A DNA stretch of 64,000 nucleotides. Origin: Candidatus Bathyarchaeota archaeon (GTDB taxonomy: Archaea; Thermoproteota; Bathyarchaeia; Bathyarchaeales; Bathycorpusculaceae). How positions within the stretch are numbered: the stretch's first letter is position 1; each line of letters opens with the position of its first letter. The stretch spans positions 1 through 64,000 of the forward strand of contig CAVYRJ010000014.1 of assembly GCA_963770935.1 (NCBI GenBank), read 5' to 3'. The position numbers and the translations under genes are program-made. The notes beneath the pieces were generated by a model. It did not search any database, was not told where the DNA came from, and was given only the letters and a program-made list of their open reading frames with translations. Shown one piece after another: positions 20,654 through 31,162 of the stretch.

Positions 20654-21204
20654 GTTAATTTCTTACCCTGCAATTCTTGAACGTGCTTTTAAGTCTTAAA
20701 ATTAAAAAGAAGGTATACTAAGTAAAAGCTTATGAATTTCTGATTCTAATCGCAGATTCACTGTAATCTTGCCCAATAGGAGACTGACAGGTGTGGGTAA
20801 TTTTATCTAATAGCAAAGGCCGAATTTAAGAATAATGGGTTGATTTTTTAATCCTATCCCAAGCGGCAATATTCCTATGATAAGAGTTCCATACTGAACA
20901 ACACTAACTATTTAATGCCTGCGCCATCGCAAAGTCAAGCAATTGGTTAGTCAGGATTACTTACAGATTATCACTGGAATTTTATCGATACAGAAATAAT
21001 CGATGAAAGAAATATTGCTTGTGACTAATGTACAAAATAAGTTATGAAAGAATTACTTTTGTCTAAGTAGCAATCAAGTAATCGATTAATTAGAAAGAAT
21101 TTAAGCAATGTTTTAAATATGTCGATAAGCAAATCTTTTGTTATCATGGTAAGTTTTTAATGGATTTACCATGAAAAAGAAATTGATAGGAAAGAAAAAC
21201 AAAA

Positions 21205-21670
21205 ATGAAAATTTCTAAAAACAAAACTACTGCTACTTTTATTGCTTTAATTCTAATGACAACAATTATTACCGCTTCAATAATGTCTGGTTTGCCTGTT
21301 GCAAATGCACTGATTCATACTGAGTCTGATACACACGCGTTCATAACTAGACACAATTGATCCTAACGGCAACTATGTCCACATCGGCGATGTAACAAGC
21401 GACATCAACGGCATGTTTAAGAAGACTTGGACTCCTGAAATTCCAGGAGAGTACACAATCATCGCCACCTTTGCAGGCTCCAAATCCTATTTCAGCTCAT
21501 ACGCAGAAACCGCCTTAAGTATAGCAGAGGCAGCGCCAACCGCTTCTCCGATTCCAGTTGCCAGTTTACCACCAACCGAAATGTACATTGCGGCAGCAAC
21601 AGCAGCAATAATTGTAGCAATCGCAATAGTCGGTGCCCTAATCTTAATAGCTGTTAGAAGAAGACCATAA
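21205..21670 (+). pseudogene. internally deleted secreted surface protein (signal peptide fused out of frame to C-terminal Ig-like domain and TM anchor)
   Basis: MKISKNKTTATFIALILM..VANA..THAFI joins near 21347 to IDPNGNYVHIGDVTSDINGMFKKTWTPEIPGEYTIIATFAGSKSY..TM-RRRP, recalled as the termini of large Bathyarchaeia PQQ-like beta-propeller proteins. Confidence 0.7.
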
Positions 21671-21799
21671 GGACTCAACCTACAACATTATTTTCTCTTT
21701 TTTTGTTTTTTCTTGTAGTTTGTTTTGATTTTTCGATTTAGTATTAGTAAGAAGTGCTAATGTTGTTCCTTTAAAATCCATGTTGATTCAAGCTGGCGC

Positions 21800-22138
21800 T
21801 CATTTTTTACGTGCGTTGCATTGGAGCACTTTGGGGCAAATTAAACATTCTTCTTGCGTCAATGTGCTACCCGGCGGGGCATTCAAAAGCCCGCTGAAGT
21901 GTGCACATTTAGCTGGTGAATCAAAAACTGTGGGGTACTCGATTGCTCTAACATTCACTATCTTTTCTTTGGCGGTTTCTAATTCTAATCTTGACATGCA
22001 GAATGGGCAGGCATAATGCGTTTGGCGTGGAATAACAGAGTTATCTGTAATCATTGTCGGCTTATCAAAGTGCTTTTCGCAGCCTTTGTATGGGCACTGA
22101 AGTTGGTCACTTGAACCATGGGAGGGGAAAAGACGCAT
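21800..22138 (-). CDS. Cys/His-rich zinc-finger protein
   Basis: CPYKGC..F, HYACPFC, CAHF, CLIC....QC. Confidence 0.7.
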   Translation of the reverse strand: MRLFPSHGSSDQLQCPYKGCEKHFDKPTMITDNSVIPRQTHYACPFCMSRLELETAKEKIVNVRAIEYPTVFDSPAKCAHFSGLLNAPPGSTLTQEECLICPKVLQCNARKK

Positions 22139-22243
22139 TGTACTCAGCCTTTGAAAAAATTTGGTGTCTTAACATTTAATAAACCTTGCCGCTCTAAACC
22201 AAAAATTCCTTTCTGTACAACACAGCCACACAAAAAACTAAAG

Positions 22244-22317
22244 AGCCTCGAGCGGGCTTTGCTCCCGCGGCCTGCTGCTTACGAGGCAGCCGCTCCACTG
22301 GGCTGAGCTATCGAGGC
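22244..22317 (-). tRNA. tRNA-Thr(CGT) with atypical D and T loops
   Basis: Perfect stems GCCTCGA/TCGAGGC, GCTC/GAGC, GCTGC/GCAGC, GCGGG/CCCGC; anticodon loop CTCGTAA; T loop AGCAAAG. Confidence 0.88.
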
Positions 22318-22416
22318 ACCATAAACGCTAAACAACACGGTACCAATTTTTAAAGTTTCACAAACCTCAACCTTAAAAGCAATAAACAATCATTCAAAAC
22401 TGGGAACGACCTGCAA

Positions 22417-23430
22417 ATGAGCCAAAAAGAAAACCTGAAACAAACTGCCAAAACGCTTGGTGAGCACAAGATAATTGAAATCATCCAGAGCCACTTAACC
22501 TCTATGCCTAATATGCCTGTTCCGTTCGGAGACGATGTTTCCGCGGTGAATCTAGGTAATAAACAGGTCGCTGTGCTTAAAACTGACATGCTCGTGGGCA
22601 AAACAGACGTTCCAGAAGAAATGACTCTTTTTCAAGCGGCAAGAAAAGCCTTAGTAATGAACATCAGTGATTTTGCTTCAAAAGGCGTCCAACCTATGGC
22701 AGCGCTGATTGCGTTGGGGTTACCGGCAGACTTTACTCAAAAAAACATCGAAGAAATCAGCGACGGTTTAAATGCTGGAGCACAAGAATACGGCGCTTAC
22801 ATCATCGGCGGCGACACCAGTGAGGCTTCGGATCTAATTATTTCCGTCTCACTCTACGGTACAGCAAATAAATCAACGTTAATGTTGCGCAGCGGTGCGA
22901 AGCCAGGCGATATTTTGGCTATTACGGGGTTTTTCGGCAAATCAGCGGCTGGGTTGCGCTTATTGCTTGGCAACTGTTTAGTTTCAAAGAATGCAAAAAA
23001 CCTTGTGGATGCAGTCTTAATGCCCAAAGCAAGATTAGTGGAGGGTTTGGCGCTTGGCGGTTGTGATGTGGTTTCAGCGTCGATGGATTCAAGTGATGGT
23101 TTAGCTTGGACTCTACATGAACTCGGTCGCTCAAGTAACGTGGGTTTTAAACTGGATAATGTTCCTGTTGCTCCTGAGGTTAAGCGGTTTGCGGAGCTGA
23201 ATAGTCTTGACGCGTCTGAGTTGGCGCTTTATGGCGGCGAAGAATACGAGTTAGTTTTAACTGTTAAGCCCGAAGGTTTGGCTGCGGCGGTGGCTGCGGT
23301 TGAAGCGGTCGGCGGACAACTATTGTCCATTGGAAAAGCCACTCAGGATATGCGAATTATTCTTAGAGACAAAAGCGAAGAACACCCTATTGAGGCGCGG
23401 GGGTGGGAGCATTTTAAGACCCAACTTTAG
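22417..23430 (+). CDS. thiL: thiamine-monophosphate kinase
   Basis: GDDV, KTDMLV, NISDFASKG, GGDT, RSGAKPGD, MDSSDGL, GGEEYEL, GWEHF. Confidence 0.95.
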   Translation: MSQKENLKQTAKTLGEHKIIEIIQSHLTSMPNMPVPFGDDVSAVNLGNKQVAVLKTDMLVGKTDVPEEMTLFQAARKALVMNISDFASKGVQPMAALIALGLPADFTQKNIEEISDGLNAGAQEYGAYIIGGDTSEASDLIISVSLYGTANKSTLMLRSGAKPGDILAITGFFGKSAAGLRLLLGNCLVSKNAKNLVDAVLMPKARLVEGLALGGCDVVSASMDSSDGLAWTLHELGRSSNVGFKLDNVPVAPEVKRFAELNSLDASELALYGGEEYELVLTVKPEGLAAAVAAVEAVGGQLLSIGKATQDMRIILRDKSEEHPIEARGWEHFKTQL

Positions 23431-24001
23431 CTTGCTGGTCAAGGGTATAGTTAATTATCGTGATGCATGATGCAGCCAAGTAGGGTTGTTTTCCAAGACT
23501 GATTTTTTCTCCAAACCGCTGGGCAAAGACTTCAGCTTTTTTAGGTAACCCAACATGGTCGCCCAAGATGAAAAGGCTGTTTTCTTCTATTTCAAATTCG
23601 CGTATGTCTTTGCCGTCTTCTTCTAAAACGTATATTTTGCGAGTTTGCGATTTAGTCTTCACGAGGGCTTCGAAGCTTGTCTTATCCTTCGTAATGCCAG
23701 GGTGCGGTTTGCCCTGTAGGGTTTTTTTAAGGATTGCCTGCCAGGTGTCCATGTCAGTTCGCACGTCGAAGAGGGTTTCTCCTTCGATTTGAATGTGCAC
23801 GGGAGGGTTTGGCGGACCATTAATGATAACATGAAAGGTTACGTCCCTGCGCAGCCCATGCGAGAGAAACAAGCTACTAACTATGCATTCGTGGACGATG
23901 TCGAGCCTTCCGGCATCATGGAGACTGCGGAAATTTGAGTCAGTTTGTCCTATACGAGAGAATAGGATGAATTCTCTTGGCAAATCAGTCACTGCATACA
24001 T
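23414..24001 (-). CDS. trmY: tRNA (pseudouridine54-N1)-methyltransferase, SPOUT family
   Basis: AGRLDIV..SLFLSHGLRRDV, FILGDHVGL, ISLG..YLAASCITI. Confidence 0.88.
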   Translation of the reverse strand: MYAVTDLPREFILFSRIGQTDSNFRSLHDAGRLDIVHECIVSSLFLSHGLRRDVTFHVIINGPPNPPVHIQIEGETLFDVRTDMDTWQAILKKTLQGKPHPGITKDKTSFEALVKTKSQTRKIYVLEEDGKDIREFEIEENSLFILGDHVGLPKKAEVFAQRFGEKISLGKQPYLAASCITIINYTLDQQAKVGS

Positions 24002-24220
24002 CTATGCACATTTTGCTTTAAAGCGCTTTCTTGCACGAAGACACTCTATTAGAGCCTACCCTGCAGGTTTTAGACTTAGAACTCGAAGAGGAAAGATTAT
24101 TGTTCAAAGTTTTTTCTCAACAAAAGGAAGAACAACAGTTGTGTTTGCATTTAGGACGGGTTTGTTTTGGCTTGCTTTCTTGTTTTAGTGTTTGTGGTGG
24201 TTGCAGGTTGCGTCTGGATT

Positions 24221-24255
24221 AGTCACAAAACGTCATAGAAAGTCACAGAAAGTCA
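24221..24255 (+). repeat. 10-bp tandem repeat (consensus AGTCACAGAA) x3.5
   Basis: agtcacaaaa cgtcatagaa agtcacagaa agtca. Confidence 0.7.
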
Positions 24256-24473
24256 ATCTGCATCAAGAAAGAAAAACAACAGCTGTGGCATTAACTGAGT
24301 TCCACGGAAAAGTTACATAAGAAAAATCGATTGAAATAAAATAATGCATACTACCACTGGCTCGACCGATAAAGAAAATGCCCCATAACCTGTGACCCCT
24401 AAAACCTCAAAAGGCTCTGAAGGGTAGCTAAGGTTTTTATGGTTCTTGCGAAATTATGTTCTCTGCACGCTTT

Positions 24474-24551
24474 GGGGCTCTCGGCTAGCTTGGTCTAGGC
24501 TTGTAGACTTGGGCTCTATAGACTCCGGTTCAAATCCGGGGAGCCCCACCA
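24474..24551 (+). tRNA. tRNA-Pro(TGG), CCA encoded
   Basis: GGGGCTC/GAGCCCC acceptor, GTAGA-CTTGGGC-TCTAT anticodon arm, TTCAAAT T loop. Confidence 0.95.
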
Positions 24552-24745
24552 TCAAATTATTTCTTTTTGAGAAAAGGTACGATTTTCAAGCTTTTGTTGC
24601 TTGATTAAACCTTAGTGAACTCAATAATCTTATCAAAATCCGCAAGAAAATCCCGCTCGCTCAGTAAGTTAGCCGATACGATAGTTTCTAAAGAACTCAT
24701 TTTTTTCTTCTCTATTTAATTTCCTAATGTTAAATCAATCATTTG

Positions 24746-24994
24746 TTATTTCTTCAGTTTCCTTAAGCTATAGCGCCCTTTGATACTTCTTGAAAGTTCC
24801 CAAATGCAGTTTTCACTATCGATAAAAGCAACACATTCACCCTTATCTAAGGTAATGACAAGCATCTTGTCGCTATCATAGAGTTCCTTTTTTGAACCTT
24901 CTATACCGAGTAATGCTTTAAATGCTAAGCCAACTTTGCCCTCGAGATCTTTGACTTTGACTGGAGATTTTATACTAACCATTTTCTCTAACAC
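24746..24994 (-). CDS. hypothetical protein
   Basis: 82-aa ORF with protein-like composition; start uncertain. Confidence 0.5.
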   Translation of the reverse strand: MLEKMVSIKSPVKVKDLEGKVGLAFKALLGIEGSKKELYDSDKMLVITLDKGECVAFIDSENCIWELSRSIKGRYSLRKLKK

Positions 24995-25369
24995 CTATGG
25001 CTCGAGAAAAAGACTGTTTCGTTATGGATGTTATAATCAAGGTGAACACCCCCGACAAGGTAGCAGTAAAATTGCATTCAAACATAATTAATAGCCGAAT
25101 CATGATAGGTTAGTTTTACTTAAGAAGTAAGTGGTAGAACTACTAAGTGGGTATGCGGAGAGCTAAGTAAAAGTGAGCCTACAAAAATTCTTAAGCACAA
25201 GATTTTTAACTAACAAATGGTTGAAATGGTTTCCTATTTTTTGAGATACTTTATCTAGGGTACGTCTAATATTCCAACATTGTTCATGTCCATTTTGGTT
25301 TAACGGAGTTGCCGGAGCTGTCACGCTGACCGAAATGTTAAAATCTGCATAAATTCTCCTTCTAAATAG

Positions 25370-25789
25370 GTGAATTTCTTGCCAGCTAATCAAAAAGGAA
25401 CAAAAGATGATCCTTGGATACTTAAAACGCCTCCGGGCACTTCTGAATTCAAAGCATATAAGGACCAAACCGCTGACCCGCCAGCAGTCGTTGTTTGGGT
25501 GGGCAAAACAGAACTAAAATATCAACTCCGTTGCTTGGATGATCTTCACAAGATGCTGAAAGAAAAAGGCGATTGGATGCCGCTTGGAAGCGCAGACGAA
25601 CAGAAACCAGCCGCGGAAGGAACGGTTGAAGCTTGGGGCAGATCACCTAAAAACCCCGTTGGTGGATGGTACGGTATCAAAAAAGGGTTGCGAGGACGAT
25701 TTGCAAACTACATACCGCCAATCTTGGAAGCTTTAGGTCTGGCGGAAGTGGAACACAACCCTAAAAACAATCGAATGCGAGCACTCTGA
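25370..25789 (+). CDS. conserved hypothetical protein (DUF6855-like)
   Basis: GTKDDPWILKTPPG, LGSADEQKPA..TVEAW.R..NPVGGWYG.KKGLRGRF; start may be TTG at 25379. Confidence 0.75.
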   Translation: MNFLPANQKGTKDDPWILKTPPGTSEFKAYKDQTADPPAVVVWVGKTELKYQLRCLDDLHKMLKEKGDWMPLGSADEQKPAAEGTVEAWGRSPKNPVGGWYGIKKGLRGRFANYIPPILEALGLAEVEHNPKNNRMRAL

Positions 25790-25864
25790 TTTTCTCCATT
25801 TCTTCTATTTACCTTCAAATAATCGAATGTAGAAAAGACAAAAAAATAAGATAAGAGAGAAATT

Positions 25865-26341
25865 ATGCTAACTATAACAGATTGGGCAGCGATTTTAACT
25901 GCAATAGCAAGCGCCCTTGCCGCCACATTTTTTATGTTTGAGCTAAGGCATATGAATAAGCATAGAGACTTAGAGATAACAATGAAATTGTTTGAGTGGG
26001 CTGAAACTGATAGACTTCGGAAAGCGTTTAGGTGGGTGGAGACGGACTTCGAGTTTGAGACTTTGGAGAAATATAAAGTTGACGTAGCGGAAAAGTTTGA
26101 AGTTGGTGATTATGCATATCAAGTTGAAGCTTACTTTGAAGAGGTGGGTTTTTTGGTAAACAAGAAATTTGTTGATATTGATGTTGTAGTTGATCGTTTG
26201 GGTGGTCATATTATTTCAAACTGGAGGAAACTTGAGCCGTGGATACTTGCTATGCGCAAGGCAAGAGATGACGAAACTTTTGGTGAGCATTTTGAGCTAT
26301 TATATCAGAAAACGTCTGCATATATGAAGAAGAACAGATAA
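25865..26341 (+). CDS. membrane-anchored DUF4760-like protein
   Basis: N-terminal TM; YFEEVGFLV...W..L.PWI...R.....FE.L pattern. Confidence 0.7.
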   Translation: MLTITDWAAILTAIASALAATFFMFELRHMNKHRDLEITMKLFEWAETDRLRKAFRWVETDFEFETLEKYKVDVAEKFEVGDYAYQVEAYFEEVGFLVNKKFVDIDVVVDRLGGHIISNWRKLEPWILAMRKARDDETFGEHFELLYQKTSAYMKKNR

Positions 26342-26480
26342 AACATTTTTTCGGGCCAACTCAAAGTAACAATGATCAATTCCAAATTTCAAAAAATCTT
26401 AAAATTTTTAAGAAATCAAAAATCTCTAATTATTCTAATTAAGAAAATAGACTAGAGAATAGATTTTGATTAATCGACTT

Positions 26481-26714
26481 TTATTCTACAGCTTCAACTT
26501 TCTGTATTTCTGGGACTCTCTGTTTGATGAGTGCTTCAACACCGTTCTTTAAAGTCATTGCTGCCATTGGGCAACCGGCACAATGTCCAACCAAACGGAC
26601 CTTCACAGTCTGTTCTTCAACGGCTACAAGCTCTACGTCTCCACCGTCAAGTTGGATTTGGGGTCTTATTTCGTCGAGGGCTTCTTGCACTCTCTTTTTT
26701 ATTGATTCAGTCAT
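26481..26714 (-). CDS. NifU/Nfu-like Fe-S scaffold domain protein
   Basis: IRPQIQLDGGDVELV..LVGHCAGCP..TLK.GVE. Confidence 0.93.
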   Translation of the reverse strand: MTESIKKRVQEALDEIRPQIQLDGGDVELVAVEEQTVKVRLVGHCAGCPMAAMTLKNGVEALIKQRVPEIQKVEAVE

Positions 26715-26782
26715 GTGTGTTCACTTGTGCAATTTTGAAATTAGTTAATGGTTATAAAAGATTGCTGTTTCTTGGTGCAATT

Positions 26783-26965
26783 CTACTCTTTTAGCTTGGG
26801 AAGCACCTTTGTTGCCCATTCGGTTTTAGTATTGTATATTGTACGCAGTTTTGGTGTGGCGGTAGAAGTCAATTTCACTTTTGCGAGCATTCGACTTTTG
26901 GATTTGCTAATGGCGCTGGTTCTTTTTGGCTTATTTCTAATCGATTTATAATTCTCTGGATTCAT
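26783..26965 (-). CDS. small basic hypothetical protein
   Basis: 60-aa K/R/S/T-rich ORF downstream of a TATA-like TTTTAATA. Confidence 0.4.
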   Translation of the reverse strand: MNPENYKSIRNKPKRTSAISKSKSRMLAKVKLTSTATPKLRTIYNTKTEWATKVLPKLKE

Positions 26966-27204
26966 ATATGATCTCTGCTAATCAAACGGCACCTGACATA
27001 TAGGAGTTGCCCCCTTTGGGGGTGGAGAGTGCTTGTATTAAAATCGTTTCTTTCAAGATAATTTAGAGGTGACTTCGCTTTTCTGAATAACGCTGAATTG
27101 ACTTAAAATGTTTGGACACTGTAAAACGGTGAGAAAACCACCCAAAAAACTACGGAAGACTTAAGCCTTCATCTTCCTTAACACACAAAATAAGGAAGGT
27201 TTGC

Positions 27205-27444
27205 ATGGTTCATAGAAGAGTGCGAGGGGGACACTATAAGATCAAGCATGTTGAGAAGAAATGTCCCGTTGAGTTGGGAGACGAATTAGAAGTAAATATC
27301 ACTGATATATGTCCTAACGGAGATGGCATGTCTAAGATTCAAGGTTATGTTATACAGGTCCCAAAAGCCAAGCCTAGAGAACGTGTGAAAATAAAAATTA
27401 ACCAAGTGGGCGAAAAGGCGGCAACCGGCGAAATAATCAAGTAA
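27205..27444 (+). CDS. single TRAM domain RNA-binding protein
   Basis: PVELGDELEVNITD...GDG..KIQGYVIQVP...VKIKI. Confidence 0.88.
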   Translation: MVHRRVRGGHYKIKHVEKKCPVELGDELEVNITDICPNGDGMSKIQGYVIQVPKAKPRERVKIKINQVGEKAATGEIIK

Positions 27445-27513
27445 TCCACTAACTACCGCCATTTGTTTAAGTTGATGGTTACATTAACACTTTAAATCAA
27501 TTAACAAGGAGAA

Positions 27514-27889
27514 TTAGGCTTCAATGTTTTTGTTTTCAACTTGCTATCGATAACACTGAGCAACTTGTCTGGTTGAATTGGTTTTCTAAGTAGAACGTCT
27601 GCGCCTTCTACACATGTCCTGCGACAACATTTTGCCCGTGAGCATAATCTTCAACGTTCTGGGCGAGGTACTTGGATTAGTGGGAGACGTTCTGTGCCCT
27701 CCATGTCGGGAAGTCGGAAATCAATCAAAGCATCATCGTAATGGTTAGAGTTTATTTTTTCTTAGCTTCTCTACCTCTCTCAACTACAGTTACAGAATAA
27801 CCATTTCTTTGAAAAATGCGACTGAAATCGTGTAGGATTGCTGTGTCGTCGTCAATGATAAGTATAGATGGCTTGCCAGCAATAAACAA
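27514..27889 (-). pseudogene. response-regulator receiver domain, multiple frameshifts
   Basis: Manual translation: SILIIDDD..., YDDALIDFRLPDMEG, KIMLTG, GADVLLRKPIQPDKLL spread over several frames. Confidence 0.8.
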
Positions 27890-27968
27890 GTAGTAAAATC
27901 CTTTGATATACTTAATGTTCGATTTATTTATAATTTTACACGAGCGTTAAATGCATGTATTCTCTTTG

Positions 27969-28205
27969 TTATGTTGCCGGCTGTTTAATCCACACTTTAC
28001 CGTTGCTTTGTACCTTTACTCTGGCTTCAAACTGCATCATCTTGATTTGAGCGTCAACAAAGCGGTCGTCATGCGCGTTAAATTCTTTTTTGATGGCGTC
28101 TTCAAGCTTAGGCAGGCTTATGTGTTCAACCGAGCCGACTATATTCCAAAAATACCGCTGGACTTTTTCTCGTTTCTTACATTGGGTGACTGCGTCTTTA
28201 TCCAT
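27969..28205 (-). CDS. small hypothetical protein
   Basis: 78-aa ORF, AGGTAAG RBS-like sequence upstream. Confidence 0.55.
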   Translation of the reverse strand: MDKDAVTQCKKREKVQRYFWNIVGSVEHISLPKLEDAIKKEFNAHDDRFVDAQIKMMQFEARVKVQSNGKVWIKQPAT

Positions 28206-28377
28206 CGAGCTTACCTTGCACAGTATGGGTCTTCATTTTTTTCCTTATGATGCCGCACACATTCCGTACAATTGCTGTGGCGAGGGCACTCTCTTTTAGG
28301 GCAAGGACAATTAGGTGCTCTATCTGACATACCCAAGACTAAACCAATCATGCAATATAATTATTGCCAGCCGCAAC

Positions 28378-30411
28378 TCAGAGAAAGTTTTGGTGTATTT
28401 TCATTATAGCCGAAATAGTGACCAGAGTTAGTAGCCTGAAGGCTAAACCACCAATCAAGCTAACGCAGCTCCAATTATTGCGCTAGGCAGGATATCACTG
28501 AAGCTGCTTTCCAGCCGAACTCTTTGCCTAGAATCGCCATTGTGGACAAGCAGGGTATATAGAGCATCGCTACCAGCGCCATAACAACCAGTTGTACTGC
28601 GTGAAACCCCCTGGCTGCACCATTAAGTTGGTGGTGCCCAAAATTGCCACAGCTCCAAGTACGATAAGTTCTTTGCGTACAGCGCCAAGAATTAGCAGGA
28701 TGCCTGCAGCGGAGGGTAACCCCAGCCACCAAACCGTCAGTGGCGAGAGCGCATTGCTGATTGGTGTTAGCACGTTGAATACGTAGAGGGCTTGTATGAG
28801 TGCGCTGCCCACGATGTAGATTGGGAAAACGATGTAGATGATTGATTTGGTTCTCGCCCACGTTTGTTTTGCAACGACTTTGAGGGAGGGCGCTTGAAGC
28901 TGCTCATTTCCATGATTAAACCGGTGGATTTGCCGGGAACCACTTTCATTGCGACTCTGCCCAAGATAAAGATGATTGCGATGTCGATGACATATAGGAG
29001 TAATGCCCATTGTATGCCCACAAATAAACCGACCATACCAAAGAGCACGATGGTTCTTGCTGAGCAAGGTGCAAACGTGATGGCGAATGCTGCTAAGAGC
29101 CGCTCGCGCCTTGTCTCCATGATTTTGCATGCATGAATCGCTGGTACACTGCAGCCGTAACCCAGAATTATGGGAATTAAGGCTTTGCCGTGTAAGCCCA
29201 TCTTATGCATGGCGCTGTCCATCATGAAGGCTACTCGAGTCAGGATGCCTGAATCCTCAACTATGGCTAGGAGCAAGTAAAATGGAATGACGAATGGGAT
29301 GATCAGGGTTAGGCCTGCGTTGAATCCGCCCCAAACACCGTTCAGGATTATGCTTAAGATGGGTTGAGACGCAGACAAAGCGGGGTCAATAGGGTTAATG
29401 AAGCTTAACCCGCCAGAAATCAAACTGGATAAGCCGTTGCCAATGAAGAAGGTCCAAAGCAATAAACCAGCGATAACGCCTACTGAGGTAATGTAACCCA
29501 GAATTTTATGAGTGGTTACCCACTCAAGTTTGTCCGAGAAGGTGCTCCATATTTCGCTCTGCTGTAACGCTGAAGCAGTTATGGAACTTGCAAGCGCATA
29601 CCGCTCAGAGGCAATGACGGAAAAACATGGTTGCTGACAACTCTTCGACAGTTCCTGCGATATAACCTTAGCTGAATCAACAACTGCTGTGGATTTTTCA
29701 GACAATGACTTTGGTGATTTCATTGTCGCCTTCAAGTAGTTTTATTGATAGCCAACGAGAAGGATACTGAAGCCCAAGGTTCTGTTTTTCGATTATCTGC
29801 TTTAGTTGATCGATCTTTTCTTCAAGTTCTTTTCTATACTTTAGATGTTTCGACTTAGGTTTGTTTGCAGCGACTTTGATAGCTTCGCGGACTAGTTCGT
29901 ATACGCCTTCGCCTCGGGTGGCGATTGCAAAAACCACAGGTACGCCTAGGGTTTGTTCGAGTTTTTCTTTGTCAATAATCATGCCTTTGCTTTTGGCAAC
30001 ATCAACCTGATTAAGACATAGAACTAAAGGTGCCTGCATTTCGAGAAGTTGGAGCGTAAAGAACAGGTTGCGCTCTAAAACTGATGCGTCAACAACGTTA
30101 ATGACGACATCAGGTTTTTCGAGTGCCACATAGTCTCTTGAAACCAGTTCTTCCATCGAAAAAGTTGAAAATGAGTAGATGCCAGGCAAATCTATGACTT
30201 TTATTTCAGTACCCTCAAAGCTAAGCGTTCCCTCTGCGCGATCCACGGTTTTGCCCGGCCAGTTACCGATTATCTGGTTGGAACCCGTGAGCTGGTTGAA
30301 AATTACGCTTTTTCCAACATTTGCATTTCCTGCGAGTGCAAGGGTTAGGGGTTTGCCTTTTTTGCTAATGGATGCTTTACCGTTTGAACTTGAAATAAGA
30401 TGGCGTGACAT
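28378..30411 (-). CDS. feoB: ferrous iron transporter FeoB (split by at least four frameshifts)
   Basis: [24 protein letters not shown]-domain; [27 protein letters not shown] gate motifs in successive frames. Confidence 0.92.
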
Positions 30412-30414
30412 AGC

Positions 30415-31161
30415 TTATTTTGCTCCTTCGGTTACTTCTTCTATTTCGACGAAGACGTTGCAGGCGATGTCTTGCCCCAACGCCAGCTTTGAACCGCGAA
30501 CCGCCACTTCCACGGGACCATCCAAAGGGGCAACTTTGATAACTTTTATCCTTGTTCCAGGCGTAAGCCCCATGTCTAGGAGCCGCTGGAGGACTTTGTG
30601 TTCTCCTCTGATGAAGCTGATTTTTCCATATTTCCCATCTTTCAGTTCACGGATTGAAATCAAGTTTGTGTTTCGTTTGCCGACTTCTTCAAGTCCTTGA
30701 TTATGCAATTTTATACATTCTTCACAGCTGGAAAAGGGCAGATTGCAGGCAGGTATGGTTTTGCCGTCGTCGGAGCAGGTGTCGGGGTGTTTGAGTAAGC
30801 GGCAAAGCGATTCTTCTGCTTCGTCTGAAAGGGAGTGTTCCATCTGGCAGGCTTGGGTGTGAACCTTGTCTTTTCCAATGTGTAATACGTCAAACAGGAA
30901 TTTTTCTAGGAGGCGGTGTTTTCGGGTTACTTTTTGGGCTTCTTGGAGTCCTTTTTCGGTTAGGGTGCTGCCGTGGTAGGGTGAATATTTTATGTAGCCG
31001 TCTTGGGCGAGTTTTTTTAGCATTTCTGTTACGCTTGCTGGAGCAACGTCTAGTTTTTGGGAGATTTCGGTGTTGCTGACTAAGTATCCGTTTCTGGCTA
31101 GATTGTAGACGGCTTTAAGGTAGTCTTGTGTTGATTTTTGTTCCATAGTTTCTCGCTTCAA
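30415..31161 (-). CDS. DtxR/MntR-family metal-dependent repressor fused to FeoA
   Basis: DYLKAVY, APASVTEMLKKL, RKHRLLEKFL, ACQMEH; C-terminal RLLDMGLTPG..APLDGPV FeoA domain. Confidence 0.93.
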   Translation of the reverse strand: MKRETMEQKSTQDYLKAVYNLARNGYLVSNTEISQKLDVAPASVTEMLKKLAQDGYIKYSPYHGSTLTEKGLQEAQKVTRKHRLLEKFLFDVLHIGKDKVHTQACQMEHSLSDEAEESLCRLLKHPDTCSDDGKTIPACNLPFSSCEECIKLHNQGLEEVGKRNTNLISIRELKDGKYGKISFIRGEHKVLQRLLDMGLTPGTRIKVIKVAPLDGPVEVAVRGSKLALGQDIACNVFVEIEEVTEGAK

Positions 31162-31162
31162 A

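Noticed and set aside
20761-20966. MITE bounded by GTAATCTTG/CAGGATTAC
   Set aside because: Only a 9-bp imperfect inverted repeat, no TSD or second copy seen
24551-28300. Integrated element at tRNA-Pro
   Set aside because: Accessory-looking small genes follow the tRNA, but no integrase or att duplication was found
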